Source: Coraliomargaritaceae bacterium (GTDB taxonomy: Bacteria > Verrucomicrobiota > Verrucomicrobiia > Opitutales > Coraliomargaritaceae). From it: DNA of 64,000 nt. This document shows, one piece after another, positions 9,419 to 19,001 of this stretch. Under the pieces are notes generated by a model. That model was not told the DNA's origin. It saw only the letters and a list, made by a program, of their open reading frames with translations, and searched no databases. The DNA lies in contig CBFHKU010000002.1 in assembly GCA_965656495.1 (NCBI GenBank), forward strand, positions 96,001 to 160,000, given 5' to 3'. The translations under genes were made by a program, and so were the position numbers. Every line of letters begins with the position of its first letter. Position 1 is the first letter of the stretch.

Positions 9419-10462
9419 TCAGTGCGCGGCGGCGGCACCCTGCAAATAGTTGCCCAATCCGATCAGGACTGTGGAAAACGCTATCACCAGAACGCCAGCC
9501 ACCAGCAAGCCGATGGTTTTCCGTTCGGCGCCCTTCCATTCCTTCAAGTAGAGGCTCCACAGATTACTCGCAATGATGATGAACGACATGTGCAGCGTCC
9601 AACTGGTGAAGTCGTAGTCCCCCATCTTAGTGGAACCCATGCCATAGAACATAAACTGCAAATACCAGGTCACCCCCGCAATCGCCGCGAAACTGAAATT
9701 TTTCAACAAGGGCGCATCGCTATTGGTGTAATCCTTCCAACTCCCCTTTGAGCAGATCAGGTAAACGCACCATACCGCGTTTGTCACAAAACCACCCAAC
9801 AAGACCACGACCAGCACGGCGTTATTCACCCATAACGGATCGGTGCCCGATGCCCCCGCCGACTCGGCAATCGGCTTGCCCGCCGCAAACGCGAAGGCCA
9901 TGCACGCGCTCATCAGTCCCGCAAAACCAGCCACCAATAGACCGCGAACCAAATGAAAATCCTGCTCGTCTTCCTCTTCCTGAGTCAAGGTCTGTTCCTT
10001 GAGATGTCCCGCGTAGCCGCACAAGCCGATGCCCAGTAAGCAAACCACAATCCCGGATAACACCACCCCGCCGGGCACCGTCGTAAGCAGCGTAATGATA
10101 CTCCCGTCATGCACCGCTGGAATCAGGGTACCAAAGGCCGCGCAAAAACCCAAGGCCACTCCGTAGCCCAGCGACATGCCTAAATAACGCACTGATAAAC
10201 CGAAGGTCAGACCCCCAATCCCCCAAAGCAACCCGAACAAAAACGTCCAACCCAAAGTTGCCGGCGATACTGAAAAAATTGTCCCAAACAAATCGGGCAC
10301 AGTAAGTAAGGCCACCACCAGCGGCGCTAGGATCCACGAGAAAAGTCCATTTGCGATCCAACCACTCTCCCATGCCCACTTTTGGATCCGCTTGAGTGGC
10401 AAATAAAAACTCCCCGCGGCAAATCCGCCGATGGCGTGAAAAATGACCCCCAATATAACCAT
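9419..10462 (-). CDS. rhaT: RhaT-family sugar/proton symporter
   Basis: HAIGGFAAGSFYLP, WAWESGW, LWGIGGLTFGLSVRYLGMSLG, WYLQFMFYGMG, SWTLHMS and LKEWKG motifs; about 10 TM helices. Confidence 0.88.
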   Translation of the reverse strand: MVILGVIFHAIGGFAAGSFYLPLKRIQKWAWESGWIANGLFSWILAPLVVALLTVPDLFGTIFSVSPATLGWTFLFGLLWGIGGLTFGLSVRYLGMSLGYGVALGFCAAFGTLIPAVHDGSIITLLTTVPGGVVLSGIVVCLLGIGLCGYAGHLKEQTLTQEEEDEQDFHLVRGLLVAGFAGLMSACMAFAFAAGKPIAESAGASGTDPLWVNNAVLVVVLLGGFVTNAVWCVYLICSKGSWKDYTNSDAPLLKNFSFAAIAGVTWYLQFMFYGMGSTKMGDYDFTSWTLHMSFIIIASNLWSLYLKEWKGAERKTIGLLVAGVLVIAFSTVLIGLGNYLQGAAAAH

Positions 10463-10536
10463 AATAACTTTTAATGAATCGATGTCCTATTTCATAAGGC
10501 GCAACATAGACTACAGGATTCGCAAAAAATTCAAAT

Positions 10537-10571
10537 GGACAGAATGCTATATTTTTTGCACATTTTGCTGT
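10537..10571. promoter_or_regulatory. Putative AraC-type direct-repeat operator between rhaT and the second AraC gene
   Basis: GGACAGAATGCTAT (10537) and GCACATTTTGCTGT (10558), 21-bp period. Confidence 0.5.
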
Positions 10572-10573
10572 CA

Positions 10574-11497
10574 ATGAGCTCTCCCACAAAAGCATGGTCC
10601 TGCTATCTGCCCCAGGCCCCCGAAGCGGTCGCGTGGGGTCTCTATGTGCTCGATGCCGGCTACACCTTCATCACACCGTATACCCCTTACCCGCCCGGAG
10701 AGCATCCCGACTCCAACATGTTTACTTGGGAAAAAGGGCGTACCCTCGACAGTTTTACCCTCGTTTATATCACACGCGGCAAGGGCCAACTGGAAACGCA
10801 AAACAGCGGCACTCACACGATCCATGCCGGAGACCTCTTCATCCTGCACCCCGGAGAATGGCACCGCTTCAAACCCAAGCTCAATACAGGCTGGGATGAG
10901 CACTGGGTGGAGTTCGACGGTGAACACGCACGCCGCATCATGCGCCATTCCGCGCTCTCGCCCAAGATGCCCGTGCATTCGATTGGCGCCGACGAGGCCA
11001 TCTTGCGGCTCTTCCTTGAAATCAGCGAAGCCACCCAAATACAACCCCCCGGCTTCGAACAGATCATCGCCACACTCACTGCACAAATCGTCGCCCGACT
11101 GCTCGCACACATGCACGCCGAGAGCCCCGAAGCACGCGACATGGAAGCAGGTATTCGGCGCGCCTGTTTGCACATTTTACAGAATTCCGAACAGACGATT
11201 GATATCCAACAGCTAGCATCTGACTTGGGCATCAGCTACTCCGCATTTCGCAGTCATTTCAAACAGATCACCGGCCTGCCACCAGTTCAGTATCAAATCC
11301 AAATCCGACTCAACAAAGCGCGCCGTCTCCTGCGCAACAGCAACCGCTCCATTCAAGAAATCGCCGAACAACTCGGCTTCGAATCAATCTACTACTTCTC
11401 CCGCCTCTTCAAAAAAAAGACCGGTCACTCACCCCTCGCCTACCGCAAACAGACGCAATTCCCCGAGCGCCGCGTGGAGCGCTCACCAAAGGCCTAA
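10574..11497 (+). CDS. AraC-family transcriptional regulator, paralog of 5704..6609, divergent from rhaT
   Basis: LHPGEWHRFKP cupin; ISYSAFRSHFKQITGLPP and GFESIYYFSRLFKKKTGHSP. Likely start ATG 10574. Confidence 0.92.
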   Translation: MSSPTKAWSCYLPQAPEAVAWGLYVLDAGYTFITPYTPYPPGEHPDSNMFTWEKGRTLDSFTLVYITRGKGQLETQNSGTHTIHAGDLFILHPGEWHRFKPKLNTGWDEHWVEFDGEHARRIMRHSALSPKMPVHSIGADEAILRLFLEISEATQIQPPGFEQIIATLTAQIVARLLAHMHAESPEARDMEAGIRRACLHILQNSEQTIDIQQLASDLGISYSAFRSHFKQITGLPPVQYQIQIRLNKARRLLRNSNRSIQEIAEQLGFESIYYFSRLFKKKTGHSPLAYRKQTQFPERRVERSPKA

Positions 11498-11588
11498 GGA
11501 AAATCGTTCGCGCAAACCCCGCCGCGACTGACAAGGATAGCCATTCAAAATCAAATCTTGGTACAACAACATTCCTAGCAATCCATTC

Positions 11589-12569
11589 TTATTCCAGTTG
11601 GCCCTTAATTTCGCTCAAGGTAAAGCGTTGCCCCTGAAGCTCCCGAATCTTCGCAGCGCGCTGAATCATACGCGGGTGATACAGTTGATAACCGGAGTCA
11701 GTCGTATCCGTCACATGCAAGAGGCCTTCCTTTGTCCAATAGCGGATCGTCGCATTGCTCTCACCGGTCTCACAAGCCAATTGCCCGATCCGGAGCAAGT
11801 CTGGCTTTGGATCCGAATCTTCATCAGCGACTTCTCCTCCCACAGCCTTGAGATAAATGTCCAACGAGCGGTCAACCGCATCTACTATGACCTTGTTGTA
11901 GCCATCCTTCGAACCGCCTAGCTGCGCCTTTTCCAAACCGCCGATATACTTCAACCGGTCACGAGTCCGTATGATCGCCGGTGGATAGCCATGCTGCATC
12001 AGGATCAAGTTCATCAACAGCCGGGCGGTGCGTCCATTGCCATCCACAAAGGGATGAATCGTCACCAACTGATAGTGCGCCTCCGCAGCCAATTCGACTG
12101 GATGCAATGCTTCACTCGCAACAAGCCATTCAATGAATTGCTCCATCAAGCCCGGCACTTTCACAGGATCCGGAAGAATCACAGGAGAACCTGAGATACG
12201 AACAGGAATCGTTCTAAAATGCCCCGCATTGTCATCATCGATTCCACGCAGAACAGTTTCATGGATTTGTAGCACATCCGCCAACCGAAGTTTGCTGGTT
12301 GGAGTTTGAGATAAACGGAGAACACCCTTCAAAGCTTTGGCATGATTCGTCGCCTCAAGGTACTCAACAAGTGTCTTCCCCCCAACTGTGAGGCCCTTCT
12401 CCACAACAGCTGCGGTCTCTTTGCGCGACAAAGTATTCCCCTCAAGCGCATTACTTGTATAAGTCAGCTCAACCAAAAACCATGCCTCCAGATTACGCAC
12501 GAGCTCTGGCGGCAGCGGACGGAATCCGTCTAATTGTCGCTGCTTACTCGATATTTTCTCTAAATTCAT
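11589..12569 (-). CDS. Fic-domain protein (putative AMPylase) with C-terminal MerR-type HTH
   Basis: Catalytic HPFVDGNGRTAR; N-terminal SNALEG matches the (S/T)xxxE(G/N) autoinhibitory motif; C-terminal LLRIGQLACETGESNATIRYWTKEGLL. Start taken as 12569 (MNLEK). Confidence 0.9.
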   Translation of the reverse strand: MNLEKISSKQRQLDGFRPLPPELVRNLEAWFLVELTYTSNALEGNTLSRKETAAVVEKGLTVGGKTLVEYLEATNHAKALKGVLRLSQTPTSKLRLADVLQIHETVLRGIDDDNAGHFRTIPVRISGSPVILPDPVKVPGLMEQFIEWLVASEALHPVELAAEAHYQLVTIHPFVDGNGRTARLLMNLILMQHGYPPAIIRTRDRLKYIGGLEKAQLGGSKDGYNKVIVDAVDRSLDIYLKAVGGEVADEDSDPKPDLLRIGQLACETGESNATIRYWTKEGLLHVTDTTDSGYQLYHPRMIQRAAKIRELQGQRFTLSEIKGQLE

Positions 12570-12571
12570 AC

Positions 12572-12605
12572 ATAAACCATAAAGCATCACTTTACGGTTT
12601 ATCAA
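12572..12605 (-). promoter_or_regulatory. Dyad operator inside the probable leaderless promoter of the fic gene
   Basis: ATAAACCATAAAG-CATCA-CTTTACGGTTTAT (12/13 arm match). Minus strand reads TTGATA-N18-TATGGT-N6-ATG. Confidence 0.6.
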
Positions 12606-12818
12606 GAATCAAAACCATAAGCCGGCAATCCACTCGAAAACTCCAAGCTGTAGTCGACATGAATTTGTTCCCCATTGGATTCGGTGCCTTATTACCATCA
12701 ACCTCCTCCAAATCTGATTTGCAACGGGTGACGGAGTTCAGAGCAAAACTTCATTCCTTAAAATTCTGTTTCATACCTGCTTCGCAGTTCTGACACCAGC
12801 CGACCAAATTGCTCAAGC

Positions 12819-14198
12819 TTAGGCGATCTCTGGCACAATCGCTTGGTGTTGCTTGAGTACCTCATGGATTTTAGCCAAAGGCACCTCAGCAGGCGTTCTA
12901 TTGAGTTGAGCGGCTAAAACAGCAGTCACCGCCGCGGCTTGCCCCATACCCATACTGCTGGCTTGCACGCGCGCCGCCGAGTTCGCCAAACGGTCACTGG
13001 AAACACAGCGACCTGCCACCATAATGTTTTTTGAGCCCTTTGGAATGAGCGCACTGCGCGGGATGGTGGGCACTGCGCCATGCGCCAGATGCTTGGGTTT
13101 TACCCCATTTTCATCATGTAGGTCGATCGGATAGAATGAATACGAAAGCGCGTCCTCAAAGACCCTACCGGAAGTGTAATCATCTACCGTGATGACCGTT
13201 TCCCCTTTAATGCGATAGGTTTCGCGGGAAGCAGTTTCGTTCATCATACGATCAATGGAGGCATTCTCGCCGCCTGGAATCGTTTTCAGGAACTTCAGCA
13301 TACGCAAAACCGACTTACGGCCCGCCAGATTGGTCTGGGTCTGCGTCGCTGCATTGGTGGAGTCGGCACCGAAGATGTGATTGACGTTCCCCCTTCCGCT
13401 ATTGATCGGCTGCATGACATTGCCGCTCCAAGTATCGCCTTTCTGCAAAGCTCCCGTCCGGAGTGCCTCCTGATACATGCCTTTGATCTGCTTGATATTC
13501 TTTCGTACGACATTTTTATCAATTCCCTTATAAATCACCACCTGCGTCCCCGGCTGCCGCGTTGCCTCTCTCATCCGCTCCATTCCCAGCATCCCCACGA
13601 CTTCAGCACCGCCGCTGCAGTCGATGATTTGGCGACAGCGTAACTGATACTGAACGCCCTGCCCAACCACATCGACCAGCCAACCCTTCTTGGTCTGTGT
13701 CACCTTTTGAGGAAACTGATAATAAGCCAGTGATACCCCAGCGTCCAGGCAAGCTTCCTCTGCCAGGAGCGAATACAGCTGTCCGTTGATATCAACATGA
13801 TACGGAACATGCGATTTGTGAACCTTGGTAAAGTCCTGTAGTTGTCGTCCATCCACTTCAACCGACTGCTTGACCAGTTCCCATCCGATACCGGAAATGA
13901 CCTGTTTGCCCCAAGCGTGAAACAGCCCCGGGAAACAGACGCCACCGGTGGTGGTGGTGCCGCCCAGTTGCGAATTGCGCTCAAGTAGCACCGTCTTGGC
14001 TCCCATGCGTCCCGCCTGAATCGCCGCCACATGCCCGGCAGAACCACCGCCAACCACAAGGACATCGACTTCCAGAAGATCCGGATCTTGAGAGCTCGGA
14101 GAAGGCAAATTCTCGGCACTTGCTTTATGCACCAAACCTGACGCAGCTAGAATTGCGGTTCCGGCGACCTTATTTTTGATAAATTGACGGCGATTCAT
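12819..14198 (-). CDS. Tat-exported FAD-dependent oxidoreductase (FAD_oxidored-like family)
   Basis: MNRRQFI Tat motif; VLVVGGGSAGHVAA dinucleotide fold; IDCSG, RETYRIKG and VAGRCVS motifs. Confidence 0.85.
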   Translation of the reverse strand: MNRRQFIKNKVAGTAILAASGLVHKASAENLPSPSSQDPDLLEVDVLVVGGGSAGHVAAIQAGRMGAKTVLLERNSQLGGTTTTGGVCFPGLFHAWGKQVISGIGWELVKQSVEVDGRQLQDFTKVHKSHVPYHVDINGQLYSLLAEEACLDAGVSLAYYQFPQKVTQTKKGWLVDVVGQGVQYQLRCRQIIDCSGGAEVVGMLGMERMREATRQPGTQVVIYKGIDKNVVRKNIKQIKGMYQEALRTGALQKGDTWSGNVMQPINSGRGNVNHIFGADSTNAATQTQTNLAGRKSVLRMLKFLKTIPGGENASIDRMMNETASRETYRIKGETVITVDDYTSGRVFEDALSYSFYPIDLHDENGVKPKHLAHGAVPTIPRSALIPKGSKNIMVAGRCVSSDRLANSAARVQASSMGMGQAAAVTAVLAAQLNRTPAEVPLAKIHEVLKQHQAIVPEIA

Positions 14199-14269
14199 AG
14201 TATGAATTTCTATGATGTTGATTATTCAGAAGACGTAATTAATATTGTCATACCTTTTAATGGGCGGTG

Positions 14270-15709
14270 TCATGACGCCTTTGCGGGCTTAAGAAGAAAC
14301 ACGCCTGCCAACACTGCCGGTACGATCAGACCAACCGGATAGGCGATACCGGTACCGAGCCCAAAGCCTTCCGGTGCCAACAAAATATAGGTGGTGCACA
14401 CCCCGCTCATGAACACCGCCGGCACGAAGGCAATCCAGTAATTCTTCGCCTGCTGGCGAAGATACATCGCAGCGGTCCATAGCACAATGGTGGCAATCAA
14501 CTGATTGGAAAAACCGAAGTAGCGCCAGATCACGCCAAAGTCCAAACGGGTGACCAACCATGCCACCGCGAACAGCGGCAAGGTAATCACCAGACGCCGG
14601 CCCACCGGTTTCTGGCAAAGCTTCGTAAAATCAGCGATGATCAAACGGGCGCTGCGGAAGGCGGTATCGCCGGAGGTGATCGGGCACGCCACCACCCCGA
14701 GGATCGCGAGCGCCCCACCGAGTTTGCCCAGCCAACTATTACAGATCGTCTGCACCGCCCAAGCGGCATTGTTCCCGTTTTCTGCCATCGCGGTATTCAA
14801 CTCGCCAATGCTGCCAAAAAAGCTCATTGCCGCCGCCGCCCAGATCAACGCCACCGCGCCCTCCGCAATCATCGCACCAAAAAAGACCGGCCGCCCCTGC
14901 CTCTCATTCGTCAGGCAGCGCGACATCATCGGCGACTGGGTCGAGTGGAATCCGGAGATCGCCCCGCAGGCGATGGTGATAAACAGCATCGGAAAGAGAA
15001 AATGCGTGTCCGGCTTCGCGTGCTGGTTCATCCATGTCGAAGCAGTCAGCTCGGGAATGGGTGCGCCATTGAGGAGCATCGCACCGAGCAAGCCGAGCGC
15101 CATGATCAGGAGCGCCGCCCCAAACAGCGGGTATATCCTGCCAATGATCTTATCAATCGGCAGAATTGTTGCGACCAGGTAGTAGGCAAAGATCACCAGC
15201 AACCAAAGGTCGAAGGTACCGAACGATCCAAGCGACATAAACTCACCGGTCAGACCCGTCAGGATCTTGGCGGGCCCGAGGATAAAGACCACACCCACCA
15301 ACAACAAGAGCACCACAGAGAAGGCCCGCATGAACTGACGAAAGCCGCCGCCCAAATGCTGCCCCACCACTTCCGGGATGCTCGCGCCCCCGTGACGCAA
15401 CGACAACATGCCGGAGAAATAGTCATGCACCGCGCCGGCAAAGATACTGCCGAACACGATCCAAAAAAAAGCACTCGGCCCATACAAGGCACCGAGGATT
15501 GCACCGAAGATCGGCCCCAGTCCGGCGATATTCAGAAACTGAATCATAAAGATCCGCCAAGTCGGCAGCGGCACATAGTCCACCCCATCCTGCTTCGCGA
15601 TCGCCGGGGTGGCGCGTGCGGGATCGATCCCGAAGATTTTCTCCACGATGCGTCCGTAAATAAAATATGCCGCAAGTAGAATGAGTAGTGAGATAAAGAA
15701 TGTAATCAT
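14270..15709 (-). CDS. cstA: Carbon starvation protein A family transporter (pyruvate/peptide)
   Basis: DGVDYVP, QFLNIAGLGPIFG, GAVHDY, IACGAISGFHSTQ and ITSGDTAFR motifs. Confidence 0.9.
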   Translation of the reverse strand: MITFFISLLILLAAYFIYGRIVEKIFGIDPARATPAIAKQDGVDYVPLPTWRIFMIQFLNIAGLGPIFGAILGALYGPSAFFWIVFGSIFAGAVHDYFSGMLSLRHGGASIPEVVGQHLGGGFRQFMRAFSVVLLLLVGVVFILGPAKILTGLTGEFMSLGSFGTFDLWLLVIFAYYLVATILPIDKIIGRIYPLFGAALLIMALGLLGAMLLNGAPIPELTASTWMNQHAKPDTHFLFPMLFITIACGAISGFHSTQSPMMSRCLTNERQGRPVFFGAMIAEGAVALIWAAAAMSFFGSIGELNTAMAENGNNAAWAVQTICNSWLGKLGGALAILGVVACPITSGDTAFRSARLIIADFTKLCQKPVGRRLVITLPLFAVAWLVTRLDFGVIWRYFGFSNQLIATIVLWTAAMYLRQQAKNYWIAFVPAVFMSGVCTTYILLAPEGFGLGTGIAYPVGLIVPAVLAGVFLLKPAKAS

Positions 15710-16182
15710 AATCTGATCAGGTCGGATTCGGGGTAACTGTTTCTGTATTTCCGTGAGTCAGAAAACTCAATTCTAAGAAGACATTAAGAGACCCACCAGT
15801 TACCTGCAATCTGATAGTCACTAAATCTACTGCTTCTCTGAATCTGAATACCGCCACCCTCGCAGTTTCGATAAACCAAGCTCGCATAGCTTTGATTTCA
15901 TCAAAAAAACTTCGCATCGCTTACGCACGACCCATACCGGAGAACTCTGCATCCCTCATCTAGGAGAACGGTTTCGCTTCGGGCCCAACCTCGATACAGA
16001 CTGGGATGAGCAATAGGATGGAGCATCCACGGAAGGCCTAAGGTCCCCATCGTGTTAAGTTCGGGTTTCATCAAAAGAGCCGAACAAATCCAATACTCGA
16101 AATGCCGAGACGGGTTGTTTAAAGCCCTCTTTTAAGCCGCAATCACTAAAGATATTTCTCTCGGAGGTAGGGCCAAACCGAA

Positions 16183-17391
16183 TTATACTCTCCCAATTGC
16201 AATCGGCGGATGCTTCATCATCTGATCGAAAACCAGTGCCAAACATCCCCGCAAGCGATCATCCTCCGATTGACTAATAACCAACTGAATATCCTCAGCC
16301 ATATACGGCAGAGTCGCTGCCATTAGCGCCTCACGAATCTCAGAATCCACTAGAGTCATCAGGCCTGCGAGGCGGCCTCCCACAACGATAATTGATGGGT
16401 TCACAGTCTGAACCAAGCTCGCCAAGCCACTGCCCAGTTGAGCGGCGACCGAGCTAAGAATCTGCAACACATCTGCATCGCCCTCCTTGGCCCTCTCAAC
16501 TGCAAACGCAATCCAATCATCTCGGCCGCTCCCAGCATCCGGCACTGGCACTCCAGCCTCCAGTAATTTCCGCTGAACAGCGGCCGCACCAATTTCCGTC
16601 ACCCAGCAACCATACTTCCCGCAGCTGCATTTTACCCCATTATCGGCAAAAAATGTATGCCCCACTTGCCCGGCAAAACCCTGCTTACCTCGCAACAAGA
16701 CACCATCCACAAAAACGCCTGAGGCCAAACCCGCTCCAACACTGAGATAAACAAGATTCTGAGCCCCTGGACGCGGCCCAAAGTGATGCGCCCAAATCGC
16801 ACCAACATGCGCCTCGTTTTCAACATGCACCGACACACCAAAGCGAGACTCCCAATCCGATTTCAACGGCACATGCTGCCACCCGGAAGTCGGACCATAT
16901 TCAAGCCGCCCATCCTCTCGTTTCACCAAACCAGCCCATGCCACACATATTCCGCGGCAGGGCAGATCCATCGACCGCCCAAGCTCAAGCGCCTGATCCA
17001 CCAGATCCACAACCTGCGAGAGCGCCTGATCAGCGCCCACACTTCCAGGCAAAGCCATCTCCTCACGCCATAGAGTCTCCATGCCCACATTCGCCAATAC
17101 CACTGAGATCCGATCCACATCAATGTCCACCGCTATCATCGATCCCGAATTCGGATTCAGATTCAGCAGTAATCCCGGACGCCCAGCATCGCCCTGATCA
17201 TATTCCGTCTCACGAATCAGCGATGCATTCAGTAAATCAGTCGCAATATTCGAGACCGTGGCACGCGTTAAGCCCAGCGCCGTCGCAATTTTCGCCCGCG
17301 ACATCGCACCGTTCGCACGCAATTGATCCAGAACGCTGACCACATTCAATCTGCGAATATCACTACGATCATAACGCTGCTTCGTAGACAT
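16183..17391 (-). CDS. ROK-family transcriptional repressor (XylR/NagC-like)
   Basis: N-terminal wHTH (MSRAKIATALGLTRATVSNI), GRP linker, VENEA, and GQVGH...CSCGKYGCW zinc motif. Confidence 0.92.
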   Translation of the reverse strand: MSTKQRYDRSDIRRLNVVSVLDQLRANGAMSRAKIATALGLTRATVSNIATDLLNASLIRETEYDQGDAGRPGLLLNLNPNSGSMIAVDIDVDRISVVLANVGMETLWREEMALPGSVGADQALSQVVDLVDQALELGRSMDLPCRGICVAWAGLVKREDGRLEYGPTSGWQHVPLKSDWESRFGVSVHVENEAHVGAIWAHHFGPRPGAQNLVYLSVGAGLASGVFVDGVLLRGKQGFAGQVGHTFFADNGVKCSCGKYGCWVTEIGAAAVQRKLLEAGVPVPDAGSGRDDWIAFAVERAKEGDADVLQILSSVAAQLGSGLASLVQTVNPSIIVVGGRLAGLMTLVDSEIREALMAATLPYMAEDIQLVISQSEDDRLRGCLALVFDQMMKHPPIAIGRV

Positions 17392-17435
17392 GGCACAAAC
17401 AAGGCATTTTTTTTTAACTTGCTAAAGCATGAAAT

Positions 17436-17482
17436 CAAACATTGTTTGTTTACTTAGTAAACTTTTGCGCATTCTAAACTAA
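17436..17482. promoter_or_regulatory. AT-rich palindromes in the ROK / oxidoreductase divergent intergenic region (candidate ROK operators)
   Basis: CAAACA-T-TGTTTG (17436-17448) overlapping the perfect GTTTACT-T-AGTAAAC (17448-17462). Confidence 0.45.
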
Positions 17483-17520
17483 TTTGGAACCCCAAGTGCC
17501 CACATCCGGCCATAAATACT

Positions 17521-18975
17521 ATGAAGCAACAGATACCTCAGGTCACACGCCGCGACTTCCTAAAATCCTCCGCAGCATTCGGAGCTTTCACGATTCTGCC
17601 ATCCTATGTGGCACTCGGTAATCAGTCCTCGACCGGACTGGCCCCCAGCGAAAAAGTGAACCTTGCCGTCGTCGGCATCGGCAATCAGGGAAATCGCGAC
17701 CGCAGGGCAATGCTCGCCACGAAGCTGTGCAACGTGGTCGCCCTCTGCGATATCGACATGGAAGGCACCCACACCCGCGAAGCACGCTACACACACGGCC
17801 TCACCAACACACCACCGCCCTCCAAAAAAGGCAAGGAGCCCCCCAAGCAGCTTCCACTCAAGGCGCGCGCCTTCACCGACTTTCGTGTCATGTTTGATGA
17901 GATGGGTGACGAAATCGACGCCGTCCTGATCGCGACCCCCGACCACTCCCACTTCGCCGTTGCGATGCTCGCCATGTCACTCGGCAAGCACATCTACGTG
18001 GAGAAGCCCCTCGCCCACACCTACGGCCAGTGCGCACGCCTAATTGACTTGGCCGAACGCAGCGGCGTCGCCACACAGATGGGCAACCAGGGGCATTCCG
18101 GCGCCAACTACTTTCAATTCAAGGCCTGGCGTGAAGCCGGCGTGATCAAAGACGTCACACGCATCACCGCCCACATGAACAAGGCTCGCCGTTGGCACGG
18201 TTGGGGCACCTCAGCCACCGAATACCCGCAAGAACCTATACCGAAGGGCATCAACTGGGATCAGTGGCATGATGTAGTCGCAACTGAGCGCCCCTTCAGC
18301 ACGAAGCTTCACCCTCAGGAATGGCGCAGCTGGTATGAATTCGGCAGTGGCTGTTTTGGTGACTGGGGGCCACACATCCTCGACACCTGCCACCGTTTCC
18401 TTGAACTGGGACTTCCCGAGACCATCACTGCGGTCAAGCGCGACGGCGCAAATGATTTCGTCTTCCCGCAAGCAACGACCATTCAGTTTTCCTTCCCAGA
18501 GCGCGCAGCCGATCTCCCCGCCTGCGATGTCACTTGGTATGACGGGACGAATAACAAGCCTATGCTCGATGGCGAATACACTGAAAGCGGTCAACCCGAA
18601 ACCTTGAAACACCCGGGTAAGGTCATTTACAGCAAGGACCTCGTCTTCAAAGGGGGCTCCCACGCGAACCCGCTGCAGATCATCCCACGACAAAAATACA
18701 TAGACATGCGTCGCGATCTACCAAGGTTCCCGCAAAAGAACTCCAACCACTACGAAAATTTCCTGCTCGCTTGCAAAGGCGAAGAACAAACACGCTCTCC
18801 GTTCAGCGTCAGCGGCGAGCTCAGCCAAATGTTCAACCTTGGCGTGATCGCACAACGACTCGGCGGCGAAATCAAGTTTGACCGGCAAACCAAACGCATC
18901 ACCAACAACGCAACCGCACAGGCACTCCTCGACCCCGCACCTCGCAAGCGCTGGGAAGAATTCTACAAAATGTAA
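17521..18975 (+). CDS. Tat-exported Gfo/Idh/MocA oxidoreductase
   Basis: TRRDFLK, VGIGNQG, ATPDHSH, YVEKP, TQMGNQG and GDWGPHILD. Confidence 0.9.
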   Translation: MKQQIPQVTRRDFLKSSAAFGAFTILPSYVALGNQSSTGLAPSEKVNLAVVGIGNQGNRDRRAMLATKLCNVVALCDIDMEGTHTREARYTHGLTNTPPPSKKGKEPPKQLPLKARAFTDFRVMFDEMGDEIDAVLIATPDHSHFAVAMLAMSLGKHIYVEKPLAHTYGQCARLIDLAERSGVATQMGNQGHSGANYFQFKAWREAGVIKDVTRITAHMNKARRWHGWGTSATEYPQEPIPKGINWDQWHDVVATERPFSTKLHPQEWRSWYEFGSGCFGDWGPHILDTCHRFLELGLPETITAVKRDGANDFVFPQATTIQFSFPERAADLPACDVTWYDGTNNKPMLDGEYTESGQPETLKHPGKVIYSKDLVFKGGSHANPLQIIPRQKYIDMRRDLPRFPQKNSNHYENFLLACKGEEQTRSPFSVSGELSQMFNLGVIAQRLGGEIKFDRQTKRITNNATAQALLDPAPRKRWEEFYKM

Positions 18976-19001
18976 GCCCCCAGCTTTAACTGTATCCAAA
19001 A

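Noticed and set aside
12620..12810. Possible gene remnant between fic and the FAD oxidoreductase
   Set aside because: Only short interrupted frames with no family I can recognise; BLASTx would be needed.
15717..16182. Possible ncRNA or LytTR-type repeats upstream of cstA (TCGCA at 15860, 15882, 15912)
   Set aside because: The repeats are short and irregularly spaced, and I recognise no riboswitch or RNA family.
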